Shown in pieces: positions 38,391-48,356 of a stretch of DNA of 64,000 nucleotides. The notes under the pieces were generated by a model. The model did no database searches and was not told where the DNA came from. It saw only the letters and a program-made list of their open reading frames with translations. How positions within the stretch are numbered: the first letter of the stretch is position 1; every line of letters begins with the position of its first letter. This DNA is from an uncultured candidate division Zixibacteria bacterium (GTDB lineage: Bacteria > Zixibacteria > MSB-5A5 > GN15 > FEB-12), in assembly GCA_963735035.1 (NCBI GenBank), contig CAVTJJ010000006.1, forward strand, positions 608,001-672,000. The letters are read 5' to 3'. A program made the translations under genes and the position numbers.

Positions 38391-40049
38391 TTATAGGCAA
38401 ACAGGCAGACCCTTCGAAGATCCTGTAATGAACAAGTAGTCTATCAACGTCGAAACGTCGCCGATCGTCACGTCATCGCACGTGGGATTGAAGCCGCCCG
38501 ACTGATTGACGTCGGCTTCAGATAAGCAGCCCAGAAGTCCGACGCACGTACCCGTAATGAACTTCGCGTCGATCAAGACTGAGACGTCGCCAATCGTTGG
38601 CTCATCGCCACCCGCGCTATTAGCGTCGCCGACTCGTCCGACACAACACCCGTCGCAGGCATCACCAAGACCGTCAAGATCGCGATCTTCCTGACCGGGG
38701 TTGGAAACGAAAGGGCAATTGTCGCATTCGTCGCCAACACCATCGTGGTCAATGTCGGTCTGAGCCGTGTTCTCAATCGAGGGACAGTTGTCGAGAGCGC
38801 AGGTATTCGCCGGGAATCCTGGATTGCCGAAACCGTCAAAGTCGGCGTCGGTGCAGTCATCACAAACATCTCCGACGCCGTCCCAATCAGCATCACTCTG
38901 ATCGGGATTGTAGGCCAGGAAGCAGTTGTCGGTCGGCCAAAGGATTCCGTCCACGTCCGGGTCTTTGTCGGCCGGTCCAAGCACTCCCCAGATACGAACC
39001 GTGCGGTCCCAACTGGCACTGGCAATCATTTTCCCGTCGGGGCTGAACGCCACCCTGATCGCCGGTTGGGTGTGCCCGGTCAGATTTCGCAGAAGGATAC
39101 CGGTACTGACCTCCCACAGCCGCACCGATCCATTATGCCCGGTGGAGGCAAGCACACGACCATCGGGGCTGAAAGCCAGACCGTTGACCCAGTTCTGCTC
39201 CGCTTGATTGACACGGATCGATTGGCCGTCGGCAACATTCCAAAAGCGGATCGTGTAGTCATCGGCCGACGAAGCCAGCATGGTCCCATCGGGACTGAAA
39301 GTGACAAACCCGATGTTGTTAGTGTGCCCGGTCAGGGTGCGTACCAGCTCTCCGGTGTCAGCGTTCCATATCTTCACGGTCTGATCAATGCTTGACGTCG
39401 CTATCAAGTTTTGGGTCGGACTGTAACTGACACACAGGACCCAGGCGGTATGACCAATGAGGGTGTCGAGCACGAGCCCGGTGGTCGCGTCCCAGAGCAT
39501 AACCAGATTGTCGATGCCGGCTGACGCCAGAACGTTGGTGCCGTTTCGATAGGCCAGGCTCCAAACCCCGCCAAGATGGCTGCCCCATTGACGGGTCACG
39601 CTGCCGTCGGCTGGGTTCCAAATTCTGATTTGATTGTGGACCGCGAAGTTCTGGGTGGCTTCTCCGGAGGCGATAGTTTGGCCGTCCGGGCTGAAGGTGA
39701 GGCCGGTTACTCTGCCGGCGTGGCCGGAAAGCGTTCGGGCCAGTGAGAAAGTGCTGAGATCCCAGAGACGCACGGTACGGTCATCGCCGCTCGAGGCCAG
39801 CAAGTTTCCATCGGGACTGAATGCGACCGACCAAACGTTGCCGGTGTGTCCTGTAAGCACTTTGTAGGACGAAACCGAACCCGCCAGCTCGGGCGTGATC
39901 ACTTGCAGTACCGAGTCTGCCTCTGCTGAACTCTCCCCGGGGACCGGATTTGAAGCGGTGGCGGTCGAAACTCCGATCGCGGCTGAGATTAGGCAAAACA
40001 GGACTAACAGAATATTAGTGGGCGCTTGACGGTCGCAATTCGTGAACAT
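38391..40049 (-). CDS. Secreted WD40 beta-propeller with thrombospondin type-3 repeats and dockerin-like C-terminus
   Basis: Signal peptide; 7 WD40 units (mostly GH..FSPDG..W); DxDxDGxGDxCDxC repeats; paired GDAN..IGDVSVLI / ADVN..IGDVSTLIDYLF motifs. Start 40049 or 40061. Confidence 0.9.
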   Translation of the reverse strand: MFTNCDRQAPTNILLVLFCLISAAIGVSTATASNPVPGESSAEADSVLQVITPELAGSVSSYKVLTGHTGNVWSVAFSPDGNLLASSGDDRTVRLWDLSTFSLARTLSGHAGRVTGLTFSPDGQTIASGEATQNFAVHNQIRIWNPADGSVTRQWGSHLGGVWSLAYRNGTNVLASAGIDNLVMLWDATTGLVLDTLIGHTAWVLCVSYSPTQNLIATSSIDQTVKIWNADTGELVRTLTGHTNNIGFVTFSPDGTMLASSADDYTIRFWNVADGQSIRVNQAEQNWVNGLAFSPDGRVLASTGHNGSVRLWEVSTGILLRNLTGHTQPAIRVAFSPDGKMIASASWDRTVRIWGVLGPADKDPDVDGILWPTDNCFLAYNPDQSDADWDGVGDVCDDCTDADFDGFGNPGFPANTCALDNCPSIENTAQTDIDHDGVGDECDNCPFVSNPGQEDRDLDGLGDACDGCCVGRVGDANSAGGDEPTIGDVSVLIDAKFITGTCVGLLGCLSEADVNQSGGFNPTCDDVTIGDVSTLIDYLFITGSSKGLPVCL

Positions 40050-40318
40050 ATATGGTTTCATCCTTTTTCAAGCATTCGGGTTGTGTCGGTTCTTGGTTGC
40101 TGCCTGTAAAATGGACGTGGGATGCGCGAGGTTTATTCAATTCTGGAATGTTATGTAATGTTAAAGTTTGGAGCGCCCCGATGACAGAATAGGATGGGGG
40201 CTAATTCACAAACTTGAGTTGTAATATGTAAATCGTTGACGTGCTGACGAAAGCCCGGCCGGGTCGGCTATGCACGTACTGTTCGGAATACTTTCGAAGA
40301 AATGTCTGACTTGATATA

Positions 40319-40402
40319 TGCCGGAGGCCGGAATCGAACCGGCATGGTATTGCTACCGGAGGATTTTGAGTCCTCTGCGTCTACCAATTTCACCACTCCG
40401 GC
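40319..40402 (-). tRNA. tRNA-Leu(CAA)
   Basis: Reverse complement GCCGGAG-TG-GTGAAATTGGTAGACGC-A-GAGGA-CTCAAAA-TCCTC-(long variable arm GGTAGCAATACC)-GCCGGTTCGATTCCGGC-CTCCGGC-A; CCA not encoded. Confidence 0.96.
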
Positions 40403-40508
40403 AAAAGCCGAATCCCTGCCAACCACCTAAAGATAGTCAGGCCGGACGTACGAAAGTAAGTTGTCCGTCCCCGCCTGTCAACCCCGACTTTCACTCTGAA
40501 AACCCCGC

Positions 40509-42677
40509 CTAGAAATGGGTCCGGTCATCGGCCGTATCGGGTGCATCCTGCCTGAGAAGCATCTGGTGGTCACCCCGGTGCAACCCGGTCGACGGGTGCA
40601 GGTGGCAAGTTACAGTCGGCTGGTTCCCCTCGATAAAGATCTCATCACGAACGTCCAGACAGCGATCAGTGGCAATCTCGCCCGATTCGGCACAGACGTC
40701 CAGATGGACGATGCCTTCCGGTTCTTCAAAATCCATAATGGGCAGGGAATCATGGGCCGCGATCATATACTCTGTCCACACCGGCACGGCATTGGTAGCG
40801 CCGTCGGCTCCACCGCCGATGGCCAGCTTGGTGTCGAACCCGATCCAGACACCCGACGTGATCTGCGGCGTAAAACCTATAAACCAGTTGTCACAGAAGT
40901 TGTTGGTCGTGCCGGTCTTGCCTCCGGCGGGACGAGTGAACCCCATCCAGCGCGCCCGCGCCGCGGTACCACCTGGTTCCATCACCGATTGCAGCAGACT
41001 GGTCATTATGTACGCCGTCGGCGCCGACAGGACTTCGTCCTTCTGAATGGCCGTATTGTTTTCGAGCACCCGGCCGTATCGGTCGACGATTTTATGAATG
41101 TAGCGATACGGGATGTGAATACCCCGGTTGGGGAAAGTCGAAATGGCGGAGACCATTTCCACGACTTTAACTTCACAGGCGCCGATCGCCAGAGATGGCA
41201 CCGGCTCCAGAGGCGTGGTAATACCCATCCGCCGGGCGTAGAAAATCGCTTCCTCGGGGCCGACTCTGAGAATTAACCGGACCGCCACCAGGTTGCGAGA
41301 CATCTTGATCGCGTCTCTGATGGTCAGGGGACCTTTGAACTCGTTGTCGTAATTGTGCGGCCGATACTGCTCGGCTCCCGGGATGTCGAGCACAATCGGG
41401 TTATCATCCATGATGTCAGTCGTGTTAATGCCGTTGTCAATCGCCGCCGTGTAGATAAACGGCTTGAATGAAGAACCCGGCTGACGGTTCGCCTGTACCG
41501 CGCGGTTCCACTCGGACTGGTTGAACGAGCGACCGCCAACCATGGCGAGAACATCGCCGTTTGAATTGTCGATTGAAACGAACGCCGCCTGCACCTTCCG
41601 ATAGACGCGGATAGAATCGCCCCGCTCGTCGACCGTGTCCGGCTGGAACATGGTGTAGTTCTTGTCAAAGCGGCCGTAGCTCCGCTCGATATCGGCCTGT
41701 ATCGAATCGACCTTCTTGAACACCGCGGCTTCGGCCACCTGCTGCAGTCGGGCGTCCAGCGATGTGAAAACTTTCAACCCACCGGAATAGAGAACGTCCT
41801 CACCGTACTTGGCGAGAATTTCGCGTCGGATTGTCTCCGTAAAATAGGGGGCTATACCTGGGTCTTCGACCGGCGGAGTAGCCTCGATCGGCGCCTGACG
41901 AAGCGAATCGTACTGCTGCTGGGTGATCCCGCCAAAATGATAGTATGAAGTGAGTACCCGGTTTCTGGCGAGTCGAGCCTTCTCGGCGTCTTTCAGGGGA
42001 GAGTTGATGTTGGGGCCGGGGAGCATCCCGATCAGGATAGCGCAGTCGTTGATATTCAGATCGGAGACCTGTTTGTTGAAAATAAGTCGTGCTGCGGCCG
42101 CTACGCCATACGCGCCACGGCTGAAATAGTGCTGGTTGAGATACATCTCGAGGATTTCATCCTTCGAGTAAGTCCGCTCCAGTTTGACCGCGGTCATGGC
42201 CTCTTTGATTTTGCGCTCAAGTGTCTGGCTCTGGGTGAGGAAGAGCATCCGGGACAACTGCTGGGTAATGGTCGACGCGCCCCCGCGGATATCCCAGGTT
42301 ACCAGATTGCCGATGGCCACGATTACGAGCCGGCGAAGGTCCACGCCCCAGTGGTCGTAGAATTTCTGATCTTCCGACGCGATCAGCATCTTTTTCAAAG
42401 CGGTCGGCATCTCTTCCAGCGGCACCAGAACGCGGTTTTCTGAGTAGAATTCCTTGAGAAGGGCGCCGTTGCGATCGTAAATGCGCGTGTTAATGCTCGG
42501 CTCAATATTGTGTAGTTTTTCGAACGAAGGGAGCTGTTCCTGATAGACGGTATAGGTGTGGGCTGCGATCACGGCCACGAGAACAACCGCCAGGCCGACC
42601 AAAATTATGATCGAATTGCGCAGGCGGTTGCGGCCGCCCTTTTCTGCGAATACTTGTTTGCGAGCTCGGAACGACAT
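40509..42677 (-). CDS. mrcA: Class A penicillin-binding protein (PBP1A family)
   Basis: N-terminal TM; transglycosylase EDQKFYDH, GASTITQQL, RKIKE; transpeptidase SSFK, SRN, KTGT. Confidence 0.93.
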   Translation of the reverse strand: MSFRARKQVFAEKGGRNRLRNSIIILVGLAVVLVAVIAAHTYTVYQEQLPSFEKLHNIEPSINTRIYDRNGALLKEFYSENRVLVPLEEMPTALKKMLIASEDQKFYDHWGVDLRRLVIVAIGNLVTWDIRGGASTITQQLSRMLFLTQSQTLERKIKEAMTAVKLERTYSKDEILEMYLNQHYFSRGAYGVAAAARLIFNKQVSDLNINDCAILIGMLPGPNINSPLKDAEKARLARNRVLTSYYHFGGITQQQYDSLRQAPIEATPPVEDPGIAPYFTETIRREILAKYGEDVLYSGGLKVFTSLDARLQQVAEAAVFKKVDSIQADIERSYGRFDKNYTMFQPDTVDERGDSIRVYRKVQAAFVSIDNSNGDVLAMVGGRSFNQSEWNRAVQANRQPGSSFKPFIYTAAIDNGINTTDIMDDNPIVLDIPGAEQYRPHNYDNEFKGPLTIRDAIKMSRNLVAVRLILRVGPEEAIFYARRMGITTPLEPVPSLAIGACEVKVVEMVSAISTFPNRGIHIPYRYIHKIVDRYGRVLENNTAIQKDEVLSAPTAYIMTSLLQSVMEPGGTAARARWMGFTRPAGGKTGTTNNFCDNWFIGFTPQITSGVWIGFDTKLAIGGGADGATNAVPVWTEYMIAAHDSLPIMDFEEPEGIVHLDVCAESGEIATDRCLDVRDEIFIEGNQPTVTCHLHPSTGLHRGDHQMLLRQDAPDTADDRTHF

Positions 42678-42748
42678 AGTCTTGTATTTTCCCGCTTGGA
42701 GCAGGTCGGGTCAACTTAAAATACCCTTTCTCGGCGCCACTTTGATTC

Positions 42749-42778
42749 TTGCCCGACCGGCCACCGAAAAGTTATACT
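42749..42778 (+). promoter_or_regulatory. Possible sigma70-type promoter for tyrS
   Basis: TTGCCC-N18-TATACT in the divergent PBP1A/tyrS spacer. Confidence 0.4.
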
Positions 42779-42862
42779 CCTCAATCCCGCTGGTGATCGG
42801 CTACTTAAATCCCTTTGAACGCCAAGCCGATATAGCGGAGATGGAGCATGAGAGGCAGGTGC

Positions 42863-44128
42863 ATGTTGAGTCAGTCTGAATTCAGCCCGTCGGTTCTGAA
42901 AGAAGTCGAACGTCAATTGGAAGTAATCGGCCGCGGTACGGTGGATATTCTCCCTCTTGACGAGATGAAAGCCAAGCTGGCCCGCTCAATTCGGGACAAC
43001 AAGCCCTTGAGGGTCAAACAGGGGTTTGATCCTACTGCACCTGATATCCATCTGGGCCATGCGGTCTGCATACGTAAGCTCAAGCAGTTCCAAGAGTTAG
43101 GCCATCAGGTCGTTCTCATCGTGGGTGACTATACCGGACTCGTAGGGGATCCATCGGGGCGTTCCGCCACCCGCCCGCAACTTGAATACGAAGTCATTTT
43201 GGAGAACGCTAAAACTTACCAGGAGCAGTTCTTCAAGATTCTGGACGCCTCCAAGACCGAAGTGGTCCGCAACGGCGACTGGTTCAAGAAGATGCAGTTC
43301 TCCGAGGTAATGCGCCTGGCCGCCAAATACACGGTCGCAAGAGTGCTCGAACGGGACGATTTCGCGATCAGGTTCAAGGAGGGGAGTCCCATTTCCGTCC
43401 ATGAATTGATGTATCCTCTGATGCAGGCCTACGATTCCGTGGCGATCCGGTCAGACATCGAAATCGGCGCCACCGAGCAGAAGTTCAATCTCCTGGCGGG
43501 GCGGACCATTCAGGAAGCCTACGGTCTCGAACCCCAGTGCATTCTGACCATGCCGGTTCTGGTCGGTACCGACGGTGAACGCCGGATGTCCAAATCACTC
43601 GGGAATTACATCGGTATCGATGAAGCCCCGCGCGAGATGTTCGGCAAGGTCATGTCGATCCCTGATCGGTTGATCTACGATTATTTCCTGTACACCACGG
43701 ACGCTTCGTCGAGTAAGCTGGAAGAAGTGAAACGAAAACTGTCTGATGGCGAAACCAACCCGATGGAGCTCAAACGGGAACTGGGGATAGCTATTGTTGA
43801 TGGCTACCATCCGGCTGGTTCAGGAAAAGAAGCGAGTGACGAATTTACCCGGATGTTCTCAGAGAAGGAACTTCCGGACGAGATGCCGGAGATGACTGCG
43901 AAAGACCTGAAGAAACTGGAAATCGACCCAGCGAAGATATACCTGGTGCATTTGATGACCAGGGCGGGGCTGGCGAAATCCAACAGCGAAGCCCGTCAGT
44001 TGATAGAGTCCGGCTCGGTAAAATTGGACGGCCAGAAGGTCGGCGATGTCGGCTTTGAGTTTGCCCTGGGTTCTGAAATTGTGCTCAAAGTGGGCAAACG
44101 CAGGTACCTTCGGCTCAAGCCGAGATAG
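42863..44128 (+). CDS. tyrS: Tyrosine--tRNA ligase
   Basis: GFDPTAPDIHLGH, IGD-like VGDPSG, YPLMQAYD, RMSKS, C-terminal S4 domain (KVGKRR). Confidence 0.96.
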   Translation: MLSQSEFSPSVLKEVERQLEVIGRGTVDILPLDEMKAKLARSIRDNKPLRVKQGFDPTAPDIHLGHAVCIRKLKQFQELGHQVVLIVGDYTGLVGDPSGRSATRPQLEYEVILENAKTYQEQFFKILDASKTEVVRNGDWFKKMQFSEVMRLAAKYTVARVLERDDFAIRFKEGSPISVHELMYPLMQAYDSVAIRSDIEIGATEQKFNLLAGRTIQEAYGLEPQCILTMPVLVGTDGERRMSKSLGNYIGIDEAPREMFGKVMSIPDRLIYDYFLYTTDASSSKLEEVKRKLSDGETNPMELKRELGIAIVDGYHPAGSGKEASDEFTRMFSEKELPDEMPEMTAKDLKKLEIDPAKIYLVHLMTRAGLAKSNSEARQLIESGSVKLDGQKVGDVGFEFALGSEIVLKVGKRRYLRLKPR

Positions 44129-44183
44129 CCTGCAACTTTAGGGCGGTCCGGACATTAAACGATATGGAAGACCGACTTACTGA

Positions 44184-45830
44184 ATGAAGAAATGCAGAGT
44201 GACCCGACTGAATACAAATATACGAACGATATTAGTTCTTCTGGTAATGACCTCCGGCGTCTTGGCGGTATCCGGACGGCACGAGGCACCTCGCAAGGTA
44301 GCGGCCGACAAACAGAAAGCGGCTGAACCGGTCGCCAGGCCAAAGCCGGCCCAGCTTCCGCAGCGGGCTCTCGATTTCTATTTGGCCGGGCTGGTAGCCG
44401 AGGGGAGCGGCGATATCCCAGCCGCTACGTTGTTCTACGATTCCGCCTGGCAGTACTACCCCCAATCGGTCGAAATAGGCATAGCCTATGCCCAGGCGCT
44501 GCTATATGACCGCAAGATTCGCGAAGCACTGGAAGCGCTTCAGCGGATATCCCCGCCGGTGGCTGAGCAGCTCGGTCTCATCGCATTTTGCTATCGCCAG
44601 TTGAGCAACGACGATCTGGCCCGCGAGGCTTATCTACAGATGCTGACTCTCGATTCGAGCCGGAACGTCGGATACATGTTTCTCGCCAACTACTATCAGC
44701 AGAAGGGTAACAGCGACTCGGCGCTCTGGGCCCTCCGAAACCTGGCGCGGACCATGCCGGAAAATTATCAGGTGCTCAACGAACTGGGCAAAGCGTATAT
44801 CGTCAAGTCCGATTGGAAAGCTGCTAAGGACGCTTTCCGTCGTTCGCTCGAACTCGCCCCGCTCTCTACCAATATGGATGCCTTGCTGAATCTGGCGGAT
44901 ATTTACCAGCGGAACCAACAGGCCGACTCAGTGGAACGACTCTTTGAGACGGCCGCTCAGGATCAGCCAGACAATGCTTTTCTACAGCGAGAGATCTCGC
45001 GACTGTTATTGGAGAAGGACTCGGTCAATCAAGCGCTGCCGCATTTGTGGGCGGCCGCGCGTCTGGAACCTAACGACTATTCGGCTCAGCGCCGTTTGGC
45101 AATTGTGTTGATTTCGACCGATTCTCTGGCCACCGCCGATTCCATTCTAACTTCGCTGGTGCAGGCGGGTGATTCCGAACCCGCCAACCACTACTATCTC
45201 GGACGTGTAGCCGCACTGAAGAACGACAACTACCGTGCTCGAGATGAATTTCAACTGGTGACACAGGCGGCCCCGTCGATATCCGACGGCTGGCTCTCGC
45301 TGGCCTTTGTGTACCGTCGCCTCGGGCAACCGGAAAACGAGATCGATACTTACCGGAACGCGCTAATCAAAATGACCGAGGAGAAGAACGCCGTTCAGGT
45401 TTACTTTGCGCTTGGGGCGGCGTTCGAGCAGCAAGGTCAGGTCGACTCCGCGGTCGCTACTCTCGAAACCCTTCTGCAGAACAGTCCCGACCACGCACCG
45501 TCACTCAACTACCTCGGGTACCTGTTGGCCGATCGGGGTCTGCGCCTTGAATATGCTCGTGATCTGATCGCTCGGGCGCTCAAGCAGGAACCTAAGAATC
45601 CCGCTTATCTCGACAGTTACGGCTGGGTCTACTATCGTCTCGGTAACTTCAAGGAAGCGGTGAAGTACCTCAAGATGGCGGTCGAGCTTGACAGTGACCC
45701 GGTGATATACGATCATCTCGGCGACGCTTATCAATCTACTGGAAAAACCAAACAGGCGCGTGAATGGTGGCAGAAAGCTCTCGACCAACAGCCCGACAAC
45801 GCAACCATCAAACAGAAATTGCAGCGCTGA
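44184..45830 (+). CDS. Exported tetratricopeptide-repeat protein
   Basis: N-terminal hydrophobic segment, many TPRs, C-terminal LNYLGY..YLDSYGWVYY..DHLGDAY. Confidence 0.87.
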   Translation: MKKCRVTRLNTNIRTILVLLVMTSGVLAVSGRHEAPRKVAADKQKAAEPVARPKPAQLPQRALDFYLAGLVAEGSGDIPAATLFYDSAWQYYPQSVEIGIAYAQALLYDRKIREALEALQRISPPVAEQLGLIAFCYRQLSNDDLAREAYLQMLTLDSSRNVGYMFLANYYQQKGNSDSALWALRNLARTMPENYQVLNELGKAYIVKSDWKAAKDAFRRSLELAPLSTNMDALLNLADIYQRNQQADSVERLFETAAQDQPDNAFLQREISRLLLEKDSVNQALPHLWAAARLEPNDYSAQRRLAIVLISTDSLATADSILTSLVQAGDSEPANHYYLGRVAALKNDNYRARDEFQLVTQAAPSISDGWLSLAFVYRRLGQPENEIDTYRNALIKMTEEKNAVQVYFALGAAFEQQGQVDSAVATLETLLQNSPDHAPSLNYLGYLLADRGLRLEYARDLIARALKQEPKNPAYLDSYGWVYYRLGNFKEAVKYLKMAVELDSDPVIYDHLGDAYQSTGKTKQAREWWQKALDQQPDNATIKQKLQR

Positions 45831-47560
45831 TGCCGCACCATCGGGCGATTCGATGCACTGCGTTTATCGGCTTGCTATCAGTCGCAGTTTGGCTACTGTT
45901 TATAGGCGGCTGTGCCGAAGTCGGCCCCCCACCCGGCGGTGAGCGTGATGTGACCGGACCGCACATCGTGGAATCGTACCCGGCGAACGGCGCTTTGGGA
46001 GTAGTTCCCGACAGTTACATCCGGCTCAACTTCTCCGAAGCAGTGACGAGACCTGATAAAGGGTCGGTAGTGTTCATTTCGCCCCGCCCGATCCGTCCGC
46101 CGGAACTCAAATGGAAGTCAAGCGAACTGCTGATTAAGCTGCCGGAATTGTTTCGCGCCAACCAGACTTATGTTGTATCGATCAGTTCCAACGTTACCGA
46201 TCTGCGTCGCAACCGACTCGACAGTGCCGCCACTATCGCGTTTTCGACCGGCTCGAGCCTCGATAGCGGTCTGGTCGCCGGTCAGGTGTGGACGCCCGAA
46301 TCCAAAACAGCGGTCGGATGGATAGTCGGTCTTTATCCTTCCGGCATATTTGACACCTATCAATTTGCCGATTCGGTTTATCCGCCCTATATGACTACAG
46401 TTGGCAGCGACGGCAAATTCAGTCTGCGCCACCTGCCCAACGGGTCATTCAGTCTCCTGGCGTTTGAAGACCGGAACCGTGACGAACTGTTCAATCCAGC
46501 CACCGAGGCCTTTGCCGTATCGGACCGCAACATTGTGGTCGGTGGTCCGCTGAAGCTGGATCGTCTTAATTTGCCTGGGACGCAATTCGACTCGCTCGCG
46601 CCCGGAATCATCTCGGTCGTTCCGAACAAAGACCGACTGCTTCGAATCCGGTTGAGTCGAAAGATCAATCCGAGCTTCCTGGCTCTGAATAGCCGCTTGA
46701 CCACTCTCAAACCGATCTCGGATTCGACCGCCCCTGAGCTGCAATGCGCCGGATTCGCCGAGACCGGAGCGGAACCGTCTGATGTGGTCACACTTTACTT
46801 CCCGGACATGAATGAGGCCATCTATCGCCTCACGCTCTCGTACAGTGCCGAGGCCCCAGCTTTGGTTCGTGATTCAGTTGTGGTCAAAGCACCGAATGAT
46901 GACGCCCCGCCGGAAGTCGTGGCCTTTCTGCCGGGTGAAAAAGCGTTGTTCGTGGATCAGATCAAGTTGGGATTGACTATGTCCGAGCCGCTCAAGCAAG
47001 AGATGGTTACTGATCAATCTATCCTGCTCTGGGAGGGCGAGAAGAGAGTGGGATGCAAGCCGATCTGGGATGACGTCTTTCATCTCACCCTGAAGCCGGA
47101 TCGATTGTTGGCCGGGAAGAAATATCGTTTGGATGTGGCCGAGTCGGACTTCCGCGACCTCAGCAATAACCCCCTGGGCGATTCGCTACGCTCTTACAAG
47201 TTCTCCACTCTGGACGACGACTCCGTTGGATCGGTTACGGGCGTGCTGCTGGTCAAGATTACCGGTAAGGAAGGTCAGACAGCGATCCTGACGCTTCAAG
47301 AGCCGGCAGGCAAACAGAGCTTCGTTACGAAAGTACCCGCGTTGGGTGCAGGACATGCATCCGATCAACGGATGTTCGAATTCAAGGTCCCGCCCGGCAA
47401 GTATCTTTTGTCGGGATTCCTTGACGCCGACGGGGACGGTCGCCCCACCCCGGGCTCTATTCGTCCGTTTCGCCCGGCCGAGACCCAGGCCAACTACGCC
47501 GACACTATCGCCGTGCGGGCGCGCTTCGAGTCGGCCGGTACTCAATTTATCATAGAATAG
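45830..47560 (+). CDS. Ig-like (Big_5-type) domain lipoprotein
   Basis: Lipobox-like IGGC followed by A...PPGG.RD..GP; FSE motifs; DxNxD/DxDxDG loops; ATG overlaps the TPR gene stop. Confidence 0.78.
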   Translation: MPHHRAIRCTAFIGLLSVAVWLLFIGGCAEVGPPPGGERDVTGPHIVESYPANGALGVVPDSYIRLNFSEAVTRPDKGSVVFISPRPIRPPELKWKSSELLIKLPELFRANQTYVVSISSNVTDLRRNRLDSAATIAFSTGSSLDSGLVAGQVWTPESKTAVGWIVGLYPSGIFDTYQFADSVYPPYMTTVGSDGKFSLRHLPNGSFSLLAFEDRNRDELFNPATEAFAVSDRNIVVGGPLKLDRLNLPGTQFDSLAPGIISVVPNKDRLLRIRLSRKINPSFLALNSRLTTLKPISDSTAPELQCAGFAETGAEPSDVVTLYFPDMNEAIYRLTLSYSAEAPALVRDSVVVKAPNDDAPPEVVAFLPGEKALFVDQIKLGLTMSEPLKQEMVTDQSILLWEGEKRVGCKPIWDDVFHLTLKPDRLLAGKKYRLDVAESDFRDLSNNPLGDSLRSYKFSTLDDDSVGSVTGVLLVKITGKEGQTAILTLQEPAGKQSFVTKVPALGAGHASDQRMFEFKVPPGKYLLSGFLDADGDGRPTPGSIRPFRPAETQANYADTIAVRARFESAGTQFIIE

Positions 47561-47592
47561 CGTTCCAACTTCACGAGTCTGAAGCTGGAGTT

Positions 47593-47629
47593 GAAAACAA
47601 GAAAGGCGGACCGGAATTGGCCCGCCTTC
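47593..47629 (-). terminator. Probable intrinsic terminator of the OmpA gene
   Basis: Minus strand GAAGGCGGGCC-AATTCC-GGTCCGCCTTTCTTGTTTT, between convergent genes. Confidence 0.7.
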
Positions 47630-47650
47630 GAATCTAACCAAGACAATATC

Positions 47651-48250
47651 TTACTGTGCCTGCGGCAGGCCCCAGATAGTCAGCATCACCCGACGATTCT
47701 TCGACGCGGCATTCTTTTGATCGGGAAGAGCGACCGGCTTCTCCGCACCGTACGAGTTGATAAACATCCGGAAGAGTGACACGCCGAACTTCTCGGCGAG
47801 GTATCTCCGAGCGGCGTTGGAGCGCTTCTCACCCAGCGTGAGATTGTACCCGGCGCTGCCGGTCTTGTCGGTGTGGCCGACAATTTCAACCAGGGCGTAG
47901 GGAACCTGTTCCAGCTTGGCGCCGGCCTGATCCAATACGGACGCAGCCAGCCCGTCGATCTCGTAGCTGTCGAATCCGAACCTAATTTCGCCGGTCCAGA
48001 TGACCTGGTATTTCTCGAAACCGGAGGCCTTGTTGATGGCCATATCGGTCTTTTCGCCAAGTTGCAGCGCCAATTGTTGAAGCTTCGCCACCTCGGCGGC
48101 GTTGGCATCGGTCTTTTCCTGAAGCGCCTTCACGTCGAGGGCGGTCTTGGCTTCAGAAGTGGCTATCTGCTCTGAAACATATTGTTTATTGACCCCGCAA
48201 GCGCCGAGTAAGAGCAGGGCACACACGCTGAGTATGGTAAGACTTCTCAT
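47651..48250 (-). CDS. OmpA/Pal-like peptidoglycan-binding lipoprotein
   Basis: Lipobox LGAC, coiled coil, FGFDS, GHTDKTG--GYNLTLGEKR, YGAEKP, KNRRV. Confidence 0.92.
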   Translation of the reverse strand: MRSLTILSVCALLLLGACGVNKQYVSEQIATSEAKTALDVKALQEKTDANAAEVAKLQQLALQLGEKTDMAINKASGFEKYQVIWTGEIRFGFDSYEIDGLAASVLDQAGAKLEQVPYALVEIVGHTDKTGSAGYNLTLGEKRSNAARRYLAEKFGVSLFRMFINSYGAEKPVALPDQKNAASKNRRVMLTIWGLPQAQ

Positions 48251-48356
48251 GATGTTCCTTCCTTTCCTTTGGAAAGCAACGGCTTCCTGATATTCGCCGC
48301 TTTATGCTATCGGCCGGTTGAACCCGACGCAAGAGAAAAGTTCACCCTGCCGGACC

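Noticed and set aside
40244..40305. CTGACGA...GAAA as a hammerhead ribozyme core
   Set aside because: GAAA does not follow a closed stem II and stems I/III cannot be formed convincingly.
37445..40402. Integrative element at tRNA-Leu
   Set aside because: No integrase and no duplicated tRNA 3' end seen in the window.
40318..40512. 64-aa ORF MPEAGIEPAW...
   Set aside because: Typical spurious translation of a tRNA antisense strand.
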